Source: Planctomycetota bacterium (lineage in GTDB: Bacteria > Planctomycetota > JAJSAM01 > JAJVHW01). From it: a stretch of DNA of 64,000 nt. Position numbers and translations under genes: made by a program. Every line of letters begins with the position of its first letter. Position 1 is the first letter of the stretch. The DNA is taken from assembly GCA_965248445.1 (NCBI GenBank), contig CBDFJG010000003.1, positions 785,081 to 849,080 of the forward strand, written 5' to 3'. The notes under the pieces were generated by a model, which did no database searches, had not been told where the DNA came from, and was given only the letters and a program-made list of their open reading frames with translations. Shown here piece by piece: positions 43,272 to 53,362 of the stretch.

Positions 43272-44489
43272 CTAGAGAACCCGAGCCAGGACGATCACGT
43301 TGACGTTCTTCGTTTTGCCGTTCTCCGCGACCACCTTGCCCGTGGCGCGCAGCCGGATGGTCTCTCCGCGCACGGTCGTGAACGCGAGAACCTCGATCGT
43401 GACTGCCGCGGGTATTCGCGTCGTGTCGTAGACCTTGCCCTTGTTCGTCACGACGGAGAACAGCTTGCCGTCCGCTCCGCCGTTCGTGAGGGGATCGGCA
43501 ACCGTGAACCCCGTGCCGACCGAGTCCGGGAACTCGATCGTCATGTCGACCTTGGCTCCGAAGAACCGTTTCGAGACGCCGCCGCGGAAGATCTCGACGC
43601 GGCCGTTCTGGATGAAGGCCGTCGCGAGATCAATCTGGTTCTTCGGCGGCGGAGGCGGCTTCGGCGGCGGCTTGTCGGGAGTCGGGATGACGGGGATCGT
43701 CACGGCCACGTCGTCGATGTCGATGAGCGGCGTGTGCACGTCGGCGACCGCGTGGAACCCATCCTGATCGACGGGCCCCGTCATCTCGACCGACCAGCCC
43801 TTGCCCTTGACGCGGAGCGTGCCCGTGGTGACGCCGCTCGCGTCGGTGCGCATCTTCCCCTTCACCTTGCCCTTGCCGAGGGCATCGCCTCCCCAGATCT
43901 GGAGCGTCGCTTCGGACGGGCGGGCGCGGCCGGCCTCCTGCACCTTGGCCGCCTTGATCCGTCCCCGCTTGTTCTGCGCGAGTCGCATGAACAGCACGAA
44001 CGTGTCCGGTGCCGACGACGGAGGCGTGCGCCCCAGCGTGAGCGGGCCGCTGCTCGACTCCGTCCCGCCACCGAAGCCGATCTCGCGCGTGTGCGTCCCG
44101 TCGATCCCGAGCCCGTTCTCGGCGACGACGCCGTCGAACGTGAAGCCGGGGGTCGCGATGGAGACGCGCGTGCGGCCGGTCGCCTCGTCGATGCCCCACG
44201 TGCCCGTCGCCGTGTAGATGAAGTTGCCGACCTGGCCGGCGGTGCCGCCCCCGGAGAGCTTCCCGGGACCGTCGAACGCCAGGAGGAGGTTGGCGTTGAA
44301 CTCGCCGACGTCGTAGCCGTAGCGGCCTTCGATCGTCGCGACCCCCACCTCCATGTCGAGCAGGTACTCACCGTCCACGGACCAGTCGGGCACGCGCCTC
44401 GCGCCGAGTCCGTCGGCGGCAGGGAGCACGAGGACACCCGCCACGAGCAGCAGCTGGGCGGCGAGGGCAGGGAGTGGGCGTCGAGGCAT
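43272..44489 (-). CDS. Hypothetical secreted protein (beta-rich, with a Pro/Lys-rich linker PDKPPPKPPPPPK)
   Basis: An internal start at MPRRPLPALAAQLLLVAGVLVLPAADG gives a signal peptide. 405 aa. Confidence 0.5.
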   Translation of the reverse strand: MPRRPLPALAAQLLLVAGVLVLPAADGLGARRVPDWSVDGEYLLDMEVGVATIEGRYGYDVGEFNANLLLAFDGPGKLSGGGTAGQVGNFIYTATGTWGIDEATGRTRVSIATPGFTFDGVVAENGLGIDGTHTREIGFGGGTESSSGPLTLGRTPPSSAPDTFVLFMRLAQNKRGRIKAAKVQEAGRARPSEATLQIWGGDALGKGKVKGKMRTDASGVTTGTLRVKGKGWSVEMTGPVDQDGFHAVADVHTPLIDIDDVAVTIPVIPTPDKPPPKPPPPPKNQIDLATAFIQNGRVEIFRGGVSKRFFGAKVDMTIEFPDSVGTGFTVADPLTNGGADGKLFSVVTNKGKVYDTTRIPAAVTIEVLAFTTVRGETIRLRATGKVVAENGKTKNVNVIVLARVL

Positions 44490-44575
44490 CCACCCGAGTC
44501 TACGAGCCGATGCAGCCTGCGTTACGGAAGCCTCCCGCTCCCGCCTCTGACAGGCTGCTCGGGTAGAGTGCTCGG

Positions 44576-44995
44576 GTGAGCGGCCCACAGGACTCCGAGC
44601 CCCCGATCGCCGAAGGCAGCAGGCGGCGTGCGGAGCGCGCTCTCCGCCGAATCTGGAAGGACATGGTCGGGCAGCTCGTCGACGAGTGCGTCGAGAACGA
44701 GCCGAGCCTCTCGGGCCAGGGCTTCTCGTACGCCTACCAGGCCATCGAGGACCGCTTCGCGCAGCGGATCTTCCTCGCGGGCCAGATGATCGGAGCCGTG
44801 CAGAACGCAGCGCCCCGCGCGCCGCAGCCGCCCCCGGACTTCCGCGTGGTGCGCGTCGAGGGCGCGCTCGACGAGCTCGACGAGCGCATCAATGAGAAGC
44901 TCCGCGACCTGCCGGGACACGCGGTCCACGGGCTTCAGATCGCCTCGGACGACGACGAGACGTGGCACGCGTTCCTGACCGTCTCGACGGATTGA
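44576..44995 (+). CDS. Hypothetical protein (139 aa)
   Basis: An open frame with a GTG start and good third-position GC bias. No recognisable motif. Confidence 0.3.
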   Translation: MSGPQDSEPPIAEGSRRRAERALRRIWKDMVGQLVDECVENEPSLSGQGFSYAYQAIEDRFAQRIFLAGQMIGAVQNAAPRAPQPPPDFRVVRVEGALDELDERINEKLRDLPGHAVHGLQIASDDDETWHAFLTVSTD

Positions 44996-46917
44996 CCGCA
45001 GCGCCGCAGCGCAGCGGCCGCCGGGATCTCGCCGTCCTCGGCGTCGCGTTCGGGGTTCCTCTGCTCGTGCTCTCGGTCGAGCGTGCGCTACTCCATGGAG
45101 CGCACGGGCCGGAGACGGAACTCGGCCCGCTGCTCGGCGCGTTCGTGCACGGCCTCCGCTTCGACGCCGCGGGCGTCGCCTACCCGTTCGCCATCGCGCT
45201 GATCGTAGCCACCGTTGCCGCGCTCCGCGGCCGCCGGCGCATCGAGCGCGCCGCACTCGCCGCAGTCACGCTCTGGACAGGTGTCGTCGTCAGCTTCGAG
45301 CTGCCGTTCTTCGCGGAGTTCCGCTCGCGCCTCGACGGGACAGCCCTCGAGTATCTGGACGACCTCGGCACCGTGATCGGGACGACCGACTGGCGCATGC
45401 GGCTGTCATTCGCCGTTGCGCTGCTGGCCACCGGACTGGTGACGCGCTTCGCGGCGCGCCGGCTGCGCCGCACGATCGAGAAGACAAGTCTCCCGACACG
45501 CGCGCTGTGGGCACGCGGGATCGCGGTGATCCTCGTCGCGGTCTTCATCCGCGGCGGCATCGATCGCCCGCTGCGTCCCGCGGACGCGGCCGCCTCCACC
45601 CATCACCTGACGCAGCTCACGCTCTCCGGACCGTGGACGATCCTGCGCAGCGCGTACGAACGCAGCAAGGACGGCGGCGACCTCGACTACGGCGTGGGCG
45701 ACGAGGACGCCGCACTCGCGTTGATCCGTACCGCGCTGTTCCCGGGCAGCCCGTTCGTGCGGGACGACCGCCCCATGCTGCGGCAGGTCGGCATCCCGGG
45801 CAAGCAGAGGCGCAGCGCGATCGTCGTCGTCCTCGAGTCGTTCGCCGCCCAGCACGTGGGGGCGCTGGGTGCGGCCAAGTCGTGGACGCCCCAGCTCGAC
45901 GCGCTGATCGCGGAGCGCGGAGACCTCTACACACGCTGCCTGGCCAACGGACCGACCACCAACCGCGCGCTGCCGGCGCTGCTGGCCGGCATTCCGAGCA
46001 CCCTGCGGCACGGCGCGCTGACCAAGTCGCTCGACGGACAGCGTGAGTTGCTGACCATCGGCCGCGTGCTCGGCGAGCAGGGCTGGCGCACCGCGTTCCT
46101 GACCGGCGGTGCGGCGTCCTGGGAGAACCTCGGCGGCTGGTGCAAGGGCCAGGGATTCGCGGAAGTCGTGGACCGCGACGCGTTCCCCGTGTCGGAGCGG
46201 CTGTCGGTGTGGGGCGTGGCGGACGGTCCCCTCTTCCGCAAGGCGCTCGCGCTCTGCGACGGGAGCGCTGCCGGCGGCACGCCGTTCTGCGTCGTCGTGC
46301 TGACCGGCAGCAATCACCCGCCGTATGCAGTCCCAGAGGCCTACCGACCGGACGTGCGAGTCGCCCGCGAGCGCGCGATGCGGTACGCCGACGACGCTGC
46401 CGCGGAGTTCGTCCGCACGGTACTCGCGCGCAACTGGGCGGCCACGACCGACGTCTACCTCGTCGGAGATCACGGAGTCACCTCCGCGCCTCGCGCGGTG
46501 ATCGACCCCGAACGGCACCACGTCCTGCTGTGGACCACGCGGGGCGGCGACGAGGCCGCCACGACTCACGATGCCGTCGTCTCCCACGTCGACGTGCCGG
46601 CGACGCTCCTGCGCATGTGCGGGTACCAGGGCGAGTTCGCCGGCTGGGGAGCAGGACTCGGCAGCGAGCACGGCGCACCCGCGGTCCTCGGGTCACGGGG
46701 CGGCGCGCGCGTGCTGGCGACGGTGCGGGGCGACATCTGGCTCGTGGACCACCTGGACGGACCGACCGAGGCCTTCCGGTGGGACGCGCGCAGCGGGCTG
46801 GTCACGCCGCTCCTGCGGGCGGATCCGGTCCCCTCCGTGCGTCGGACAACGCAGCACGGCCGCGCACTCCTGCACCTCGCCGACCGCGCCCTCCGCGAGG
46901 GCCGGGCCGGCCGCTGA
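44962..46917 (+). CDS. Membrane-anchored sulfatase-family protein (LTA synthase/phosphoglycerol-transferase-like, alkaline phosphatase superfamily)
   Basis: Five N-terminal TM helices are followed by a periplasmic sulfatase-like domain (VVVLESFAAQH, LTGSNHPPY, DHG). The start is uncertain (34-nt overlap with the upstream ORF). Confidence 0.65.
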   Translation: MARVPDRLDGLTAAPQRSGRRDLAVLGVAFGVPLLVLSVERALLHGAHGPETELGPLLGAFVHGLRFDAAGVAYPFAIALIVATVAALRGRRRIERAALAAVTLWTGVVVSFELPFFAEFRSRLDGTALEYLDDLGTVIGTTDWRMRLSFAVALLATGLVTRFAARRLRRTIEKTSLPTRALWARGIAVILVAVFIRGGIDRPLRPADAAASTHHLTQLTLSGPWTILRSAYERSKDGGDLDYGVGDEDAALALIRTALFPGSPFVRDDRPMLRQVGIPGKQRRSAIVVVLESFAAQHVGALGAAKSWTPQLDALIAERGDLYTRCLANGPTTNRALPALLAGIPSTLRHGALTKSLDGQRELLTIGRVLGEQGWRTAFLTGGAASWENLGGWCKGQGFAEVVDRDAFPVSERLSVWGVADGPLFRKALALCDGSAAGGTPFCVVVLTGSNHPPYAVPEAYRPDVRVARERAMRYADDAAAEFVRTVLARNWAATTDVYLVGDHGVTSAPRAVIDPERHHVLLWTTRGGDEAATTHDAVVSHVDVPATLLRMCGYQGEFAGWGAGLGSEHGAPAVLGSRGGARVLATVRGDIWLVDHLDGPTEAFRWDARSGLVTPLLRADPVPSVRRTTQHGRALLHLADRALREGRAGR

Positions 46918-46967
46918 CGCCCCATTGGTCGTCACCCGACGGCCTGACCCAGGTGCGCGCGCCCGGA

Positions 46968-47864
46968 TCAGGTGCCGTCGCCGACGGGCGCCAGTTCGCG
47001 GAGCGTTCCGAGGATGGACGGGACGTCGCGGTGGGTTCGGTCGAACTCGAGCACCTTCACGGTGAGGAGTCCGAACGGCGCTTCCGGGCAGCACTTCTCG
47101 AGGACGTGGGACAATCGGTGGCCCACGGCCCAAGCAGCGCCGGGATGCGTGCGCGGCATCACCAGCGCGATGTGGCTCGGTCCGATGGAGAAGACGGCGT
47201 CGGTCGCGCGCACGACCTGCGGAGCGATGTTCGCCACGCACTCGGCCAAGAGACCCGCCGACGTGCCCTCCCCGCCCGAGCTGAACAGTGAGACGACGCT
47301 GAGATGACTCGCGTCCCGGCCGGCGAGATTCAGCTCGGTCCGTAGGGCTGACTCGAACGCGTTCAGTCCACGCACGCGTACTCGTTCCGCCGGCGGGCGC
47401 GCCGAACCGGTACCGAGCGGCCGCAACTCCTGAGAGCGAAAGTGCTCCTCGATCCGGGCCAGCAACGACCCGACGTCGGGGACGCCGACGTCAACCGGGA
47501 TCACGTCGATCTTGCACGGTCCGATCTCCGCGACCGGGCGGTGGTTCGCGCGCTGCTCGAGCCGGTGGCGCACCACGTGGCCGACCTCTGTACCAGTGGC
47601 GGGGAGAACCGCGATGTAGCAGCCGCGCAGGCCGTAGTGGTACACGCCGTCCGAGATCCGCACCGACCTCGCGAAGTGGTCCGACACCTGTCGATCGAGC
47701 CGCTGCTGCGCGCCCTCCGCCTCGCCGTCCCAGACGATGAAGTGCAGCGCGATCACGCAGAGCGGCAGCCCGTGCCGCGCCCCGCGCTCGTACTCGTAGC
47801 GCAGCCGCTCGCTCAGCTCATCCGGTGAGAGGATCTCCCGCCGGGGTCGTTCCGTGTCCGTCAT
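46968..47864 (-). CDS. Hypothetical protein composed of two tandem degenerate GGDEF/palm-like domains
   Basis: Two ~140-aa halves each resemble the GGDEF core but with degenerate signature motifs (LCVIALHFIVWDG...YHYGLRGCYIAVLP and SVVSLFSSGGEG...HIALVMP). It is the last gene of the flotillin/AAA operon. Confidence 0.45.
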   Translation of the reverse strand: MTDTERPRREILSPDELSERLRYEYERGARHGLPLCVIALHFIVWDGEAEGAQQRLDRQVSDHFARSVRISDGVYHYGLRGCYIAVLPATGTEVGHVVRHRLEQRANHRPVAEIGPCKIDVIPVDVGVPDVGSLLARIEEHFRSQELRPLGTGSARPPAERVRVRGLNAFESALRTELNLAGRDASHLSVVSLFSSGGEGTSAGLLAECVANIAPQVVRATDAVFSIGPSHIALVMPRTHPGAAWAVGHRLSHVLEKCCPEAPFGLLTVKVLEFDRTHRDVPSILGTLRELAPVGDGT

Positions 47865-47947
47865 CCGTCGCCCGCTCCAGGGGGCCAGCGGTTCGAATAT
47901 CGACGGTCAGCGGCGTTTCTGAACCCCCCTGAGCCGCACAGGCTCGC

Positions 47948-50900
47948 CTAGGCGTCGTCCTCGGGCTTCTTCTTCCGCGGGCGGCGGAAGCGTTCGAGGG
48001 CCTGGCTGATCGCGCCGACGCGCTCCCACACCGCCTTGCTGACGGTCAGGTTGTGGTTCAGGGAGCGGAGCACCGGGAGAAGGCCGACCTCGATGACCTC
48101 GGCCTGGCGGGCGGCGAGGTACTTGAAGTCGGGATCAGCGCCTGCCGGAGCAGCGGCGTCGCTCTGTGCACGCGCTGGCGAGGCTGACTCGGCGGCGCGG
48201 GACTCGGCGAGCGCGGCGAGGTTGTCCTCGAGGCGCGTCAGGTACGGCGCGAGTGCCTGGGCGAGGCCGGCGCCCGCGTCCCCGTTGCTGTCGGCTGCGA
48301 CGAGCGCCTCGCGCAGCGCCTCGCGCTCGCGATCCTGATGATCGTCGCGGGCGGCTTGCGCCTCGATCACATGCGTCTCGTGCTCGGCGGTGAGCGTGGT
48401 CGCCGTGCGCAACGCGTCGCCGATCCCCCCCATCCGCTCGGAGATGTCCATGAGCTGCGCGGTGACGCGCATGACCGGATCGTCCTCGTCGCCGCCCATC
48501 ATCTGGCGGCGGCGGAACGCGTCCCGGATCTCGGTCCAACGGGCGGACTGCTCGTCCGTCATTCGCTCCCGCAGCTCTGCGAACTTGAGGAGGTTGTGCT
48601 CGGCGCCGCTGGTCAGCGTCTGCGACTCGCCCAGGTAGTGGTCCTCGATCAGCACCTCGAGTTCGTCGTCGTTCATGACGGCGACGATCTTCTCGGCCAG
48701 CTTGTTCATGTTGCGGTAGCTGCCCTGCAGCTGGAACCGGGGCTCCGTGCGGAACGCGTCGTCGGTGGACGCGGATCGGATGTACTCGCGGTTCACCGCG
48801 AGTAGGACCTCCTGCACGCGCAGGACCTTGCCGAGCACGCTCACGATCTCGTCCAGCTCGACCTGCGAGAAGTCGGCCGAGAGCTCCGAGGTCTGGACCT
48901 GCTCCCCGCGCGCCATCCGCACGAGAGGGTGGATGTCCTTGTGGCCGCGGTTCGCAACCGTCTGCAAGACGGCGTTCGACGTGAGCGCGTTCTCGATGTA
49001 CGACATCGCGAACAGCTCGTCCTTGCCGGAGAGCACGTCGCCCAGGTTGTAGACGTCGGCGCGGTTCGCCAGCATGTCCGGCACCTGGAACCGCTCGCCG
49101 GACTCCGTGTAGGGATTGCCGGCCATGCAAACGACGAACTTCTTGCCGCGCAGATCGTACGTCCGCGTGCGTCCGTTCCACACGCCCTCGACCCTGCGCG
49201 TGGCGTCGCAGAGCGAGATGAACTTCTGCAGGAACTCCGAGTGCGTGTGCTGGATGTCGTCGATGTAGAGCAGCACGTTGTTGCCCATCTCGAACGCGAG
49301 GTTGACCTTGTCGATCTCCTGGCGCGCGGTGGCGTTCGGCGCCTCGTCCGGATCGAGCGAGCGCACGTCGTGACCGAGTGCCGGGCCGTTGATCTTCATG
49401 AAGACGAGACCCAGGCGGTTGGCGATGTACTCCATGAGAGTCGTCTTGCCATAGCCCGGAGGTGATATCAGCATCAGCAGGCCCATCAGGTCCGTGCGCT
49501 TCGCGGCGCCGCGTGCGCCCAGCTGCTTCGCCAGGTTGTCGCCGATCACCGGCAGGTAGACCTCGTCGATGAGCCGGTTGCGTACGAACGCGCTCATCAC
49601 ACGCGGCAGGTACTCCTCGATGCGCAGCCTGTTCCGCTCTCGCTCGAGCAGGTCGTGCCGCATCTGCTGGTACGTCCTGAACCCCGGCACCCGCTCGTGC
49701 GCGAAGCGCGCGAGGCGCGCCAGGTACTCGTCGAGCCGCAGTTCCATCTTGCGGCCGGAGATCCGCCCGTGCTGGCCCAGCAGTCCGTCGATCTCGACGG
49801 TGGCCGCCGCGCTTGTGATGTCGCGACGCAGTTGCTCCGCGGTCAGGAGCAAGACAACGGCCTCGGGAACGAGGTGCGCGATCGCTGCGCCGTCGTCGCG
49901 GGTCGCAAGCCAGGCGGTCAGCCATGCGTCGGCGACGGCGTACTGCTCGCCCACGGCGCCGCCCAGCGCGCCGAGGTCCTGCTCCAGAGCGCGCAGCTGC
50001 TTGCGGCGCTTCAGGTCCTTCTTGAATGCGTCGGAGAGCGCGACTGACTCGCTGCTCGCGATGAAGCGGCCCGGGTCTCCGCCGAGCTCCTCGAAGAGGT
50101 AGCGCCCCGCGAGTCGCGCGTCACCGTCGGTGAGCGGCAAGCCGTGCACGTCATGGAAGGTGCGAATGCGATTCGTCAGATCCTCCTCGAGAGCGTCCAC
50201 GGCGCCCGCGCGGTGCAGAGCCTCGCTCAGGCGGAACAGGCTGCTCGCCCGGCGGGTCAGCCGATCTCGGGCGTCGACATCGTCGAAGCGCGCCCAGAAG
50301 AGGCAGGCCGCGGCGCGCGCCGCCGGCGCAAAGCGCAGCATTCCCGCAGTCTGGTAGACACCGAAGACCGCCTTGAGAACGAGCGTCGCATCGGCGTCGT
50401 GTACCCCGCGTTCGTAGCCCTCGTCGTAGCGCTCGGCGGAGAACTCACGCACGAGTGCGAGCAGCGCATCGGCATCCAGCGCCGCCTCGGCCAGCCGCGA
50501 TGCGGAGAGGCCGCCTTCGTTCCGCTCCGCGGCCCGCAGCATGCAGTACGCCAGATACTCGCCGCGGTAGACGTCGGAGGTCTCGGAGACGACGGCCTGC
50601 TCCCAGTACTCGCGCGTGGCATCGAACGCCTCGTCGCGCACCGCCTCGCGGAAGTCCGTACCGCTGAGGTGCACTGCGAGCCCTTCGTCGTGCGGGACCA
50701 GCGTGAGATCCAGCGGCTGTGTGTTCACGCTGAAGCGGTGCTTGCCGAGGCGGATGACCGTCGCGCCGTCCTCGAAGATGTCGATGCGGTCGCGCATCGC
50801 CCGGACGGCGTCCTCGCGCGTCGACTTCAGCCGCGACTCGACTTCGTCGGCGCGGACGGAGTCGTCGAGGCCGCTCAGCTGCTCGGCCAGGTCACGCACC

Positions 50901-53341
50901 TTGAGGACCATCGCGTCGGACGCGAAGTACGCGTGCAGCTCATCGAGGGTCTGCATCCCGGCGGCGCGGCGCGTCACGCCGGAGAGGATGCGATCGACTG
51001 CGCGCATCATCCCGATCGCCCGCCGCTGGCGCTGGTCGAGCAGGCGCTGCTTCTTGCCCTCGAGGGCCTCGTAGATCTCCTCGCGCTTCGTGGTGAGCTG
51101 TTCCACGAAGTCCTCGAGCTCACCGAAGCGGCCCTCGAGCTCTTCGACGTGGAGCATCAGCTTGGAGAGTTGCTCGTCACACCGCTCGGGGGTGTCCGCG
51201 AGCGCGACGGCCCCGGAAACGGACTGCGAGAGGAGTGCATACTGCGCGGCGAACTCAGCGACGCCCTCCTTCGACATCAGCTCCTTGCGACGGGCTGCGA
51301 CGAGCGCGCGGGTCCGGTTGAGCCCCCCCATCACCTCGCTGATCCGTTCGAGGATCCCCGTGCGGATCGTGGCGTCGTCGATCTTCAAGCTGCCCACGAC
51401 GTCGGTGAGGAGCTCGAGCCCGTCGCCAATCGCCGTCAGATTCTCCGAGAGCGGCTTGGCGTCCGCGGTCTTCGCGACCGCCTGGATCGACGACTCCACC
51501 GCGGCGACGCGGTCGTGGTACGGCGCCAGCGCGCCGGCTCCCTGCAGGAACTCGACCGTGCGCTCAGAAACGCGATCGCGGTGCCCGACGACCGTCTCTT
51601 CTAGCGCGGTGATCCGCTCGCCGTCCGCGTAACGCATCTCACGGAGCGACACGAGGCGCCCCCGCTCGGTACGGAGGCCCGCCAGCGCGCCCACGAAGTC
51701 GTCGACGCTCTTCCAGTGGTCCGGGCGCAGTGTGGCTACCAGTTGCCTGACCCCGGCATCCGCTTCGGCGACCGCTCTCCGCGCCTGTGCGCGCAGCTCC
51801 TGCACCTTCTCGAACTCGTCGATGATCAGCTCGGATGCCGCTAGCACTTCCTGCAGCGTGCTCAGCAGGTCGCCGACCTCTGCGTCGCCGAGCCAGTGGT
51901 ACGTGTCGATGACCTTCGACGTGACACCGATCAGCTCCTCGTACATCTCGCGGCTCGGCGTCTGCTCGTCAGTCATGCGCCGGATCGAAAGCGCATCGCT
52001 GATGCCGCGCACGAGGTCTGCGTTCCCGAGGCGCTCGAGGTGCGAGTCGCCGGCCGGCGCGGCGGCGTGGAAGACATCGCTGGTGAACGGCGTCTGCCAG
52101 ATCTGCATTGCGTGCACGCGTGTCGGTTCGTCGCCGGCGCTACGGAAGACGATCATCTTGCCGTCGTCGAACACGCTCTGCCCGTGGCCGCGGATCGGGG
52201 TCTCGACCTCTTTGCGGATCAGGTTGTAGGGCAGCAGCACGTACTCGCCCTCGACCTGGCGGTGGAAGATGTACAGGACGTCCTCGCCGTTCGGTGAGCG
52301 GATGGCGCGCTCGAACTGCATGCTCTGCACGTCGGCGGCGAACGTGCGTGTCTCGCCGCGGCGCAGGTAGTAACCGCCGGGGTAGATGATCCCGTGATCC
52401 TCGGGCAACTGCACGCAGGCGTGCCCGATCTGGTCGATCCGCTCGACCTTCTTCGTGATCGTGTTGAAGACGAGATACCGCCACGTCTCTTCACGGAACG
52501 GCAGGACCTTGATCAGGATCAGGGAGCCGAGCTTCGCGTAGTGGACCGACGCGTCGTCGAGCGCCTGAGTCCCGTCCAGCACCGGCTCGCGGTACACGCC
52601 CAGTCCGTCGAGCGTGTTGTCCTCGACCTTCACGGTCAGGTCGCCGCCGACCGTCTCGACGAAGACCTCATCCAGGATCGAGACGTGCGGGTGCTCTCCG
52701 GACACGTGGTCGTCGCGCGTCGTCTCGATCCACTCGAAGTCGTGCGTCGCCGGGAAGACGTGGTCGCGGTCGCCCTGGTTGTCGAGGTATGTGAGAGTGC
52801 CGTCGGCGTCGATGGACCAGCGGAACGCCTTGAGATCGACCAGTGTCCGTCCGACCTGGAACACGGCCAGCAGCCTGCCGTTCACTCGGCGCAGCGAGAG
52901 CAGCCGCGTGTCCTTGTAGTAGTCGTAGAGCTCGCGGAAGTCCTTGCGGAATCTCGGGTCCGCCAGGAAGTCGGCGGGATCACCCGCGGGCACCTCGACC
53001 AGGCCGAGGCGATCGCCGTCGCGGGAGAGGCGGCGCAGTGTGAACACGTCCTCGAGGCGCGTCTCGCGGCGCAGCCCGATGAACACGTTGTATCCGAAGA
53101 CCAGCAGGTCCCCGACTGCGACGATGTCGCGCGCGATGCAGTTGTTCTCGGTCCGGATTCGTTCGCTGCCGACGACCTCGAGGCGCGCCCCGCCGAACAG
53201 CGCGACGCGCGCGGCGTTCAGCGCCTCGGCCTTCCGCGACAGCTCCCGGCCGTGGCCGAGGAGCCGGTCGCGGATGACCTCGTACGCACCCTGTTCGATC
53301 CCGGCAGGTTCCGGTTCAGAGGGCGAGGCGGCGTCCGCCAT
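47948..53341 (-). CDS. Giant (1797 aa) protein with a single AAA_5 (MoxR/dynein/midasin-like) ATPase domain near residues ~1290-1470, a beta-rich N-terminal domain and long helical regions
   Basis: Walker A LISPPGYGKTTL, Walker B-like VLLYIDDIQH, and sensor/Arg-finger region VCMAGNPYTESGERFQVPDMLANRADVYNL. A ~400-aa beta-rich N-terminus is followed by ~800 aa of predicted helix/coiled coil, and the C-terminus ends RPRKKKPEDDA. It lies 19 nt downstream of the flotillin gene. Confidence 0.8.
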   Translation of the reverse strand: MADAASPSEPEPAGIEQGAYEVIRDRLLGHGRELSRKAEALNAARVALFGGARLEVVGSERIRTENNCIARDIVAVGDLLVFGYNVFIGLRRETRLEDVFTLRRLSRDGDRLGLVEVPAGDPADFLADPRFRKDFRELYDYYKDTRLLSLRRVNGRLLAVFQVGRTLVDLKAFRWSIDADGTLTYLDNQGDRDHVFPATHDFEWIETTRDDHVSGEHPHVSILDEVFVETVGGDLTVKVEDNTLDGLGVYREPVLDGTQALDDASVHYAKLGSLILIKVLPFREETWRYLVFNTITKKVERIDQIGHACVQLPEDHGIIYPGGYYLRRGETRTFAADVQSMQFERAIRSPNGEDVLYIFHRQVEGEYVLLPYNLIRKEVETPIRGHGQSVFDDGKMIVFRSAGDEPTRVHAMQIWQTPFTSDVFHAAAPAGDSHLERLGNADLVRGISDALSIRRMTDEQTPSREMYEELIGVTSKVIDTYHWLGDAEVGDLLSTLQEVLAASELIIDEFEKVQELRAQARRAVAEADAGVRQLVATLRPDHWKSVDDFVGALAGLRTERGRLVSLREMRYADGERITALEETVVGHRDRVSERTVEFLQGAGALAPYHDRVAAVESSIQAVAKTADAKPLSENLTAIGDGLELLTDVVGSLKIDDATIRTGILERISEVMGGLNRTRALVAARRKELMSKEGVAEFAAQYALLSQSVSGAVALADTPERCDEQLSKLMLHVEELEGRFGELEDFVEQLTTKREEIYEALEGKKQRLLDQRQRRAIGMMRAVDRILSGVTRRAAGMQTLDELHAYFASDAMVLKVRDLAEQLSGLDDSVRADEVESRLKSTREDAVRAMRDRIDIFEDGATVIRLGKHRFSVNTQPLDLTLVPHDEGLAVHLSGTDFREAVRDEAFDATREYWEQAVVSETSDVYRGEYLAYCMLRAAERNEGGLSASRLAEAALDADALLALVREFSAERYDEGYERGVHDADATLVLKAVFGVYQTAGMLRFAPAARAAACLFWARFDDVDARDRLTRRASSLFRLSEALHRAGAVDALEEDLTNRIRTFHDVHGLPLTDGDARLAGRYLFEELGGDPGRFIASSESVALSDAFKKDLKRRKQLRALEQDLGALGGAVGEQYAVADAWLTAWLATRDDGAAIAHLVPEAVVLLLTAEQLRRDITSAAATVEIDGLLGQHGRISGRKMELRLDEYLARLARFAHERVPGFRTYQQMRHDLLERERNRLRIEEYLPRVMSAFVRNRLIDEVYLPVIGDNLAKQLGARGAAKRTDLMGLLMLISPPGYGKTTLMEYIANRLGLVFMKINGPALGHDVRSLDPDEAPNATARQEIDKVNLAFEMGNNVLLYIDDIQHTHSEFLQKFISLCDATRRVEGVWNGRTRTYDLRGKKFVVCMAGNPYTESGERFQVPDMLANRADVYNLGDVLSGKDELFAMSYIENALTSNAVLQTVANRGHKDIHPLVRMARGEQVQTSELSADFSQVELDEIVSVLGKVLRVQEVLLAVNREYIRSASTDDAFRTEPRFQLQGSYRNMNKLAEKIVAVMNDDELEVLIEDHYLGESQTLTSGAEHNLLKFAELRERMTDEQSARWTEIRDAFRRRQMMGGDEDDPVMRVTAQLMDISERMGGIGDALRTATTLTAEHETHVIEAQAARDDHQDREREALREALVAADSNGDAGAGLAQALAPYLTRLEDNLAALAESRAAESASPARAQSDAAAPAGADPDFKYLAARQAEVIEVGLLPVLRSLNHNLTVSKAVWERVGAISQALERFRRPRKKKPEDDA

Positions 53342-53362
53342 CGGCGTTCTCCCGCTCCCCGC

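Noticed and set aside
47870-47935. tRNA-like GGTTCGAAT (T-arm-like) sequence in the intergenic region between the GGDEF-like gene and the giant ATPase gene
   Set aside because: There is no acceptor-stem or anticodon-arm pairing and the length is wrong. It is only a GGGGG...CCCCCC framed stretch, possibly a weak RNA structure.
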